Positions 56,706 through 64,000 of a stretch of 64,000 bases of DNA are shown piece by piece; the stretch's first letter is position 1; each line of letters begins with the position of its first letter. A program made the translations under genes and the position numbers. The stretch comes from an uncultured Planctomycetaceae bacterium. Lineage in GTDB: Bacteria > Planctomycetota > Planctomycetia > Planctomycetales > Planctomycetaceae. The stretch spans positions 32,001 to 96,000 of the forward strand of contig CAWFGE010000021.1 of assembly GCA_963815195.1 (NCBI GenBank), in the 5' to 3' direction. The notes below the pieces were generated by a model. It worked only from the letters and a program-made list of their open reading frames with translations. It made no database searches and was not told the origin of the DNA.

Positions 56706-57092
56706 ATGCCGACCGCGGGGGAGCTTTGGGCGTTTCTGCCGATGGGGTATCTCGTCACCGTGTGCCTGGAAACGCCGGTGCTCTTGGTCGGCCTTTCCAG
56801 GATTCATCCGCTCCGCCGGCGGTTTCTCGCGGGACTTTGGCTGACGGCGTGCACGTATCCCATCGTGGTCCTGGTGCTGCCTTTTCTGGTTTGGGAGCCG
56901 TTCGGCCGGGCGTGGTATCTGGCCGTGGCCGAAACGTTCGCCCCCCTCGCGGAATGCGTGCTGTTTTACTTGGCGTACCTGGCTCCGATCCAGGCAACGC
57001 GGCGGGACGTCGCCCGGGACATGGCGGCGATCCTCCTCGCCAACCTCACGTCGTTTTTATCCTACGAACTCGTGCATCGCTTGCTGGTTTAA
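56706..57092 (+). CDS. Small membrane protein (about 4 TM)
   Basis: TVCLETPVL, TACTYP, AETFAPLAE, ANLTSF; starts 3 bp after the upstream stop. Confidence 0.75.
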   Translation: MPTAGELWAFLPMGYLVTVCLETPVLLVGLSRIHPLRRRFLAGLWLTACTYPIVVLVLPFLVWEPFGRAWYLAVAETFAPLAECVLFYLAYLAPIQATRRDVARDMAAILLANLTSFLSYELVHRLLV

Positions 57093-57225
57093 CATGGCGA
57101 ATCGGCATAAAACAAACGCGTCATCGTCGAAGGCGTCCGGCAATGTTGCTAGAGTCTCAATTGACTGCCAGAATTGTGTGGTCGAAGTAACGCTATTTTT
57201 TGTCACTTTTTGAAGGGTGCGTGTG

Positions 57226-57717
57226 ATGAATGCTCGTGAGGCGATCAAGGCGGCTTCCGTGGTGCCGGATTTTGTGTGGAAGGCTTATCTCGAGGATTTG
57301 ACCGACGAAGACATGCTCGTCCGCCCGGTGGACGGGGCCAATCACATCAAATGGCAGTTGGGGCACATCATCGCTTCGGAGCGCGGGCTGGTGGAGACCG
57401 TCTGCCCCGGCGCGATGCCCGCGCTGCCGGAGGGCTTTGCCGAGCGGTACGCCAAGGAAACCGCGGCAAGCGACGACCCCGCCGCGTTCGATTCCAAGGC
57501 GGATCTCATTCGCCTCGCCGAAGAGCAAAACGCCGCTGCGGCCGCGGCGCTCGAGAACCTCAGCGAGGAGGACCTGGACAAGCCGATGCCCGAAAAGTAT
57601 CAGATGTTCGGCCCCACGGTGGCGCACCTGTTCGTGATGCTTCCCGCGCACTGGACGATGCACGCCGGGCAATGGGCGGTCACCCGCCGCAAGCTCGGCA
57701 AGCCGCCGCTGTTTTGA
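57226..57717 (+). CDS. DinB-family protein
   Basis: NHIKWQLGH and HWTMHAGQ...RRKLG His triad. Confidence 0.88.
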   Translation: MNAREAIKAASVVPDFVWKAYLEDLTDEDMLVRPVDGANHIKWQLGHIIASERGLVETVCPGAMPALPEGFAERYAKETAASDDPAAFDSKADLIRLAEEQNAAAAAALENLSEEDLDKPMPEKYQMFGPTVAHLFVMLPAHWTMHAGQWAVTRRKLGKPPLF

Positions 57718-57730
57718 TTGGGGACGGCGG

Positions 57731-58828
57731 TCAATTCTTCAAGCCGAATTTGCGGTTGAACTCTGCGGGATCGAAGGCGTCGGGCTGTTTGTTTTCCAAA
57801 ATGGAATTGAGCAGCCTTTCCTTTTGCTGTTCGGTCCGTTCCGCCGGTTCGGTCGGCTTGGGGGCTTCGGGAGCGCCTCGAATCAACGTTTCGTCCGGTT
57901 CCAAATCCTGGTCGAGCCTGGCGTATTTGTTGAGTACGGGTTTACCCTTGGACTCGGCATTTTGCTCTTTGGCGACTTGGGCGATCCAGTCTTTCAAGGT
58001 TTCCAGGTTCTGCTCGCCGGCGCTCCCGTAGAAAATCGGCCGCCGATTTCGCCCGTGGGTTCCGGCGAGGGTTTTGAGGAGCCGGCTTTCCTCGGGGGCC
58101 GACATATCCACAAACCCGAGCACATTGTCCAGGTTCTGCATGGTTTGGCGGTTCATGCTCCGACGAACGTGCGTGATTTGAAATTCCTGCCCCGACGCGG
58201 GACCGTGGCAGGCCGCGTTCCCGCAGCGGTTGAGCAACAGCGGCTGCACGCGAATCACATACTGCCTGGCGAGTTCCGGCGACAAGCCCGCGAGCGATTC
58301 CGGTTCCGACTTTTGAAAGCCTTCCGCGGTTTTCGCCGGCGGCTGCGGCTTGGCGAACGCCACCCGCTCGGGATGCAGCAACCGATCGAGCCCGGCATAC
58401 ATCCGCCGGCCTTCTTCGTGATCGGGATCCGCGATCAATGCGTCGCGCAGCTCCCGGCGGGCTTCGTCAAACAGCTTCCAGGCGATGCACCAGCGGGCCA
58501 AACCGACCTGGAAATCCGGCGTGGGCGTGGGCTGCGTGGCCTTGAGTTTTTCGTAGGCGTCGTGCCGATCGTCGGCGACCACGCTGATTCGCTCGAACGG
58601 GACCAGAAAACTGCCCTTGGGCAAATCCACGACATATCCGCCCGCGTTTTGGCTCAGCCGGCCTTCCACAAGTTGGCCGGTGTTCAGCACCAACACGCCC
58701 GCGCGGGTGCCCCGGCTTGCGGTTGGGGAAACCTCGGCTTCGTCCGCGCGGATCCAACGATTCCCGCACCACAGGCACGCCCCCAAAAGCGCAACCATCA
58801 ACCCGCCCCGCCAAATGAGGTTTCGCAT
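57731..58828 (-). CDS. Secreted hypothetical protein with a TPR-like segment and a CxxxxCH motif
   Basis: Signal peptide; LARWCI; VQPLLLNRCGNAACHG. Confidence 0.7.
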   Translation of the reverse strand: MRNLIWRGGLMVALLGACLWCGNRWIRADEAEVSPTASRGTRAGVLVLNTGQLVEGRLSQNAGGYVVDLPKGSFLVPFERISVVADDRHDAYEKLKATQPTPTPDFQVGLARWCIAWKLFDEARRELRDALIADPDHEEGRRMYAGLDRLLHPERVAFAKPQPPAKTAEGFQKSEPESLAGLSPELARQYVIRVQPLLLNRCGNAACHGPASGQEFQITHVRRSMNRQTMQNLDNVLGFVDMSAPEESRLLKTLAGTHGRNRRPIFYGSAGEQNLETLKDWIAQVAKEQNAESKGKPVLNKYARLDQDLEPDETLIRGAPEAPKPTEPAERTEQQKERLLNSILENKQPDAFDPAEFNRKFGLKN

Positions 58829-59067
58829 CCGAGCACACGCAATCTGTCGAAAATGGGGATTCCATCAAGAAAGGGCCGGGAACATACAAAAGCCCCGGGC
58901 GGGAGGTCAAGATCATCCCGATTTTCCCGCCCGGCGCGAATTGCGGGCCGGCGATTCTTTCCAGAAAATCGATTCGCGACTTTCCGCGGCCTGGTGCGGC
59001 TGCTAAAATTTCCTGTTCGATTCTTCCCGTTTCCCCCCAAATATTTGCAGAATATCGGAGACAGATC

Positions 59068-59166
59068 ATGGCGAAAACGAATCGCAAACTCAAAAAAGCC
59101 AACCACGGCCGCCGGCCCGCGAGTGCCAAGGCCCGCAAACTGAAACGGCGGAAAATCAAGGTTTGA
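59068..59166 (+). CDS. Small basic protein, ribosomal protein bL37-like (32 aa, not in the ORF track)
   Basis: GGAG RBS; MAKTNRKLKKANHGRRPASAKARKLKRRKIKV*, containing the KANHGxRP signature. Confidence 0.8.
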   Translation: MAKTNRKLKKANHGRRPASAKARKLKRRKIKV

Positions 59167-59202
59167 GAAACCCGACCAAAAACCACCTGAATTGAAGGCG
59201 GG

Positions 59203-60176
59203 ATGATGTCGCAGTCCTCCGCGAACGCCGGGGATTCCCCTTGGCTGATTGGGGTGGAAGGCGGAGGCACCAAGACCGTGGCGTGGATCGCTTCGCCTCG
59301 GCCCGATGGTGAATTTGACATCCTGGGACGCGGGGCGAGCGGGCCGTCCAATCTGCACGCGATCGGGCTCGATCTGACCTTTGCCAGCCTGCTGGAAGCC
59401 TTGGGCGGTGCCTGGAAAGACGCCGGCCGGAAAAGCACACCCGTCGCGGCCGCCTGCCTGACGATGGCCGGGGTGGACCGCATCCAAGAAGAAGCCCTCA
59501 TCACCCAGTGGGCCAAATCGCAGCGCCTCGCCGGACGCATCCAAGTCACAAACGATTCCGTGGGCCTGCTCGCCGCGGGAACCTCGGAGGGCTGGGGCAT
59601 CGGGCTGGTCGCCGGCACGGGATCGATCGCCTTCGGGCAAACCGCCGACGGCCGGGCCACGCGGACCGGGGGCTGGGGTTATCTGATGGGCGACGAGGGC
59701 AGCGCCTACACCGTGACGCTCGCCGGTTTGCGGGCCGCGGTCCGCGCCGCCGACGGCCGGCGGGAGATGACCCGCCTGCTTCCCGATTTTTTGGACCGCC
59801 TGGGACTAAACGAGCCGAACGACCTCTTGGAAACCATTTACCTCTCGAAGCGCGATCGAGCTTGGGTGGCTTCGCTCGCCGACGTGGTCACGACCGCAGC
59901 CTCGGCGGGCGAACCGGCGGCGGTGGAGATTATCGAAACCGCCGCCCGGGAATTGGCCCTCTTGGTCGCGACCACGGCCCGAAAGCTCGGCCTCGATCAA
60001 ACGCCGACGCCCGTTTGCTTCACAGGCGGATTGCTCTTGAACACTCCGGCCTTACAGCAGCGGCTCATCGATCAGCTGCGCGCGAGAACCTTTGCGTTGC
60101 GGAATGCGTGCCCGTGACCGATCCCGTCCTCGGAGCCATCAAACTCGCCTTGCAACTGCTCGGTTCGGCGGGTTAG
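59203..60176 (+). CDS. BadF/BadG/BcrA/BcrD-family sugar kinase (N-acetylglucosamine/MurK-like), C-terminal frameshift
   Basis: IGVEGGGTKT, ND, AGTGSIAFG, GGWGYLMGDEGS, TGG, and DPVLGAIKLA in the second frame. Confidence 0.9.
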
Positions 60177-60239
60177 AACGTGTTTGAAAATCTGGGCGGT
60201 CGGCGCTAGCCTCCGGTCTCGATGAAATGGTTCTGCTCG

Positions 60240-60995
60240 ATGCCCGATCTGAATAATCTCGCCCGCGAAGTTCATCTCTGGTTCCTGCCGACGGAACGGT
60301 TTGAGGATGCGGAACTGGCCGAGATGTCCGCAGACATCCTCTCCGCCGAGGAGCAATCGCGGGCGGAGCGATTTGCTTTCGCGAAGGACCGCCGGTCCTA
60401 CATCCTCGCCCATTGGCTTATGCGAACGGTCCTTTCGGAATATGCACGGGTTCCGCCGGCGAGTTGGGAGTTCACGCGGACTCTGCTCGGCAAGCCCGCG
60501 GTCCAGGCCCCACCGGCAAACATCCACCTGGAGATCAACCTCTCCCACACCGTCGGCATGGTGGCCTGCGCGGTGACGGCCGCGGGAGAGGTGGGCGTGG
60601 ATGTGGAGACCGTCACGCCCCGCGATCATCTCAAGCTCGCCCGCCGGTTTTTTGCTCCAGAAGAAGTCTCGCAAATGGAACAGCTACCGGCGGATCGGCG
60701 CGATCAGGCATTCTTCCGCTTCTGGACGCAGAAGGAAGCCTATATCAAAGCCCGCGGGCTGGGATTGTCGTTGGATCTGGCGAGCTTCTGGTTTCCGGAC
60801 GTGATGGGGGAGACCATCGACATCGCCTTTGCCGCCGACATGGACGATCGCCCCGGCGATTGGCAATTCTATCGTCACGAGCCGGACGAACAGCACAAAA
60901 TCGCCGTCGCCGTCCACCGGCCGCATCGGCCCAAAGCGGCACTGAAGATTTTCGCCAATGTCGTCCCCGGCGAAGCCCGTGAAGGGTTCCTATAA
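60240..60995 (+). CDS. Sfp/HetI-type 4'-phosphopantetheinyl transferase
   Basis: GKP, NLSHT, VGVDVE, FWTQKEAYIKARGLG. Confidence 0.93.
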   Translation: MPDLNNLAREVHLWFLPTERFEDAELAEMSADILSAEEQSRAERFAFAKDRRSYILAHWLMRTVLSEYARVPPASWEFTRTLLGKPAVQAPPANIHLEINLSHTVGMVACAVTAAGEVGVDVETVTPRDHLKLARRFFAPEEVSQMEQLPADRRDQAFFRFWTQKEAYIKARGLGLSLDLASFWFPDVMGETIDIAFAADMDDRPGDWQFYRHEPDEQHKIAVAVHRPHRPKAALKIFANVVPGEAREGFL

Positions 60996-61179
60996 TACTC
61001 AAACGGTGACCGTTTGGGTGGCTGGGGCGCAAATCCTCCTTTGAAAAACGCGTGAATTGCGAATGCTGGGCCTGGGGCCGGGCGAGAAAAATCTCACCCG
61101 GCCCCAGGCCTCAAATCCCCTTTTTCCTCGGAACAATCCTTTGCCCCCCAGCCACCCTGCCGCGAAGGGTTCCTATAAT
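60981..61179 (+). repeat. Exact 16-bp direct repeat GAAGGGTTCCTATAAT (60981-60996 and 61164-61179)
   Basis: Read directly from the sequence; each copy ends in TATAAT. Confidence 0.7.
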
Positions 61180-61216
61180 GGATGCGGCCGGAAATATTGG
61201 ATCGAACAAGGGAGAC

Positions 61217-64000
61217 ATGATGGAACTGCGCGGGGTTCGCGTGCATAACCTCAAAGGGATCGATGTGACGATTCCCTGGGGGCACATCTCGGCGATCAGC
61301 GGGGTGAGCGGGTCGGGCAAAAGCAGCCTGGCGTTCGATACGTTGTTCGCCGAGGGCCAACGCCGGTATTTGGAGAGCCTCTCGCCCAAGGCCCGCGGGT
61401 TTTTGGAGCAAATGCCCGCGCCCGAAGCCGACCACATCGACCCGCTTCCGCCCGCGCTTGCCATCCGCCAGAACGCCCGCACGTTTCCGCCGCGTGCGAC
61501 GGTGGGGACCATCACCGAGATTTCGCATTACCTCCGTCTCTTGTTTTCCAAAGCCGGGCAAATCATCTGCCCCGGGTGCGGCCAACCGGTCCAAAAACAA
61601 ACGCCGCAAACGGTGCTGGAAGACATCCACGCATTCCCGGCCGGTCAAAGGTTTCAAATTGCCTTTCCCTCCCCGTTGCCGCCGGCATCGCCAAACGACA
61701 ACACCACACTCGCCGAGGGGTTGATCGAGCAGGGATTTACGCGGGCGATCGTCGATCATCGCACGAGGAATCTCAAATCCGATCCGCTGCCGGCCGGTGA
61801 AGAGGAGGAACCCGTCTTGGTGATTGTCGATCGTGTGACGGCCGGAAAAACCTCGGACGAGCGATTGCTGGACAGCCTGGAACTCGCCTTCTCCGCCGGC
61901 GAAGGCCGGTGCGTGCTCTTCCGGGAGGAGACGGCCGGCGACGGCGCCTCGTTTCTCCTGGATGGCAAGACTTGGCAGGTGGACCGGTACAGCGATCAAC
62001 TGCGGTGCGAAACCTGCGGCCGGGAGTTTGCGGAACCGGAGCCGCGATTGTTCAACCCCAACAGTCCCGCCGGGGCGTGTCCCCGGTGCGAAGGCGCGGG
62101 AACGATTGCGGAATTTTCCTTGCGCAACTCGTCCCCGAACCGGCTCTTCGATTGGAAGATGCAGCGATCGCCTGTTTCAAAGAATCGCCGCTGCAAAGCC
62201 GATTCGCCGAGTGGCTAAAAGAAGCACAACTCGCGGGCGTTCCGCTCGATATGCCGTTTGCCGAATTGTCGGACGCGCAAATTATTTTATTGACGGAGGG
62301 CGATCCCGATCACGAATTTCCCGGGCTTCGGCCGTTGTTTGCAGAACTCCAAGCGGACTCCCATAAGCCCGCGGTGCAAGCCTTCTTGAACCGCTGGCTC
62401 TCCTCGGTCTCGTGCCCGGAATGCCAGGGGCAACAACTAAAGCCGGAATCGCTCGCCGTGCGAATGGGCGGAGCAAATTTCGCGGAGGCCGCCCGCCGGC
62501 CTGTGAGCGAATTTCGCGCGTGGGCTAATGCGGTTTCCCAAACGTTGACGGCAACCGAACGCCGGCTGCTCAATGTGGTGCTTCAAGAATTGGAATCGCG
62601 AGCGCAGGCTTTGTTGGACTTGGATCTCGGTTACCTCTCGCTCGATCGGCCGCTTGCCACGCTCGCCGGCGGCGAGGCGCAGCGAGCCTGTTTGACGCGG
62701 ATTCTGGGAAACCTCTTGGTCAACAGTTTGTACGTGCTCGATGAACCGTCCGCCGGCCTGCATCCCGCCGACTGCAAACGTGTCGTGCACGCAATTCAAA
62801 ACCTCAAGCAGGCCGAGAACACGATCGTTGTCGTGGAACACGCGGAAACGTTTCTACAAACCGCCGACCATTTGATCGATCTGGGACCGGGAGCCGGCGG
62901 GGACGGCGGGCGGGTCGTGTTTGAAGGACCGCCGGGCGAAATCACCGCTCACGCGGATTCGCAAACCGGGCAGTATCTCAGCGGGTCGGCGACGGTCGGC
63001 CGGCCGTATCGACAAACCGCCGCCCGGCCGGATTCGGTCCTCACATTGCACGGGGCAAAGCGGTTTCCGCTCAAGAGGATCACCGCCACGTTCCCGCTCA
63101 ATTGCCTGTGCGTCATCACGGGCGTCAGCGGCAGCGGCAAGACGGTGCTGTTGGAGCAAGTTCTCTACCCGGCCGTGCAATTCGCCCTGGGTCAGCCGAT
63201 CCCCCGCGATGTGCGAATGGGTTTTGAGAACCTGGATGGCGGCGAATCGATTGAAGACGTGGTGCTCTTGGATCAAACCCCACTCACCGGCAGTTCGCGA
63301 AGCAATCCGCTCACCTATCTGGGAGCATTCGACGACATCCGCCGCGTGTTTGCCGAGTCCCCCAAAGCGCATCGGCTGGGTTTTCAAATGAAGGATTTCA
63401 GCTTCAATTCGCCGTCGGGCGGGCGGTGTCCGAATTGTGCCGGAGGGGGCACGGTGCGGGTGGAGATGCAGTTCCTGGCCGACTTGGAAATCGTCTGCCC
63501 CCTATGCCAGGGCCGCCGGTATCGGCCGGAGATTTTGAGCGTCCGCTACCGGGGCCTCCATATCGCCGAGGTCTTGGATTTGACCGTGGCCGAGGCCTTC
63601 CCGTTTTTCCGCACGCAGCCCCGGCTGCAAAAACGCCTTCAAGTGCTCAAAGATGTGGGCCTCGACTATCTGCCCCTCGGCCAGCCGACGGCCTCGCTCT
63701 CCGGCGGCGAATCGCAACGGCTCAAGCTGGCCTCGTTTTTGACCGGCAGCAACCGTTCCCGCACGCTGTTTTTATTGGATGAACCCACCAGCGGCCTGCA
63801 CCCCGCGGACATTCAAACTTTACTGAACTGCTTCGACCATCTGCTCGCCGTGGGACATTCGGTAATCGTCGCGGAGCATAACTTACATTTAATCGCCCAG
63901 GCCGATTGGATCCTCGACCTCGGCCCCGGCGCAGCGGAAGCCGGCGGCCAACTCCTCGCCCAAGGCCCGCCGGAGGAGATTGCCCACACGCCCGATTCCC
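61217..64000 (+). CDS. uvrA: UvrA-family excinuclease ATPase, divergent paralog; frameshift near 62125; runs off the window
   Basis: HNLKGIDV, GVSGSGKSSLAFDTLFAEGQRRY, Zn-finger Cys pairs, LDEPSAGLHP, second Walker A GVSGSGK, LSGGESQRLKLA, DEPTSGLH. Confidence 0.92.

Noticed and set aside
60240..60995. NRPS/PKS cluster implied by the PPTase, halogenase and P450
   Set aside because: No carrier protein, adenylation or ketosynthase genes are in the window, and these genes lie far apart

Overview
GC-rich (roughly 60%) bacterial chromosome segment, most likely from a member of the Planctomycetota. This assignment is inferred from the fused PilM operon with Met/Gly-rich partners, the sulfatase, the DUF3604 and FG-GAP proteins, a bL37-like small ORF and planctomycete-style conserved hypotheticals. 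About 47 genes are present, including gatB, folC, smpB, a divergent uvrA, a type IV pilus pilM operon, a two-component system, a P450, an HDAC and transporters. At least 14 genes carry single-base frameshifts, including the housekeeping genes gatB and folC, which points to an unpolished long-read assembly rather than real pseudogenes. The most notable items are: (1) a tightly coupled operon of an AsnB-like PP-loop ligase, a RaSEA-like (archaeosine-type) radical SAM enzyme and a flavin-dependent halogenase-like gene with an amber codon at its probable catalytic lysine; (2) an AT-richer two-gene module encoding a caspase/gingipain-fold (clan CD) His-Cys protease and a small partner; (3) a three-gene module in which a double-signal-peptide protein precedes a His-rich membrane enzyme and a small membrane protein; (4) a GNAT gene broken by a REP/MITE-like element and an integrase remnant; (5) a 32-aa bL37-like ORF missed by the ORF track; (6) several REP-like and heptamer hairpin families. 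No rRNA, tRNA, tmRNA or CRISPR array was recognised.
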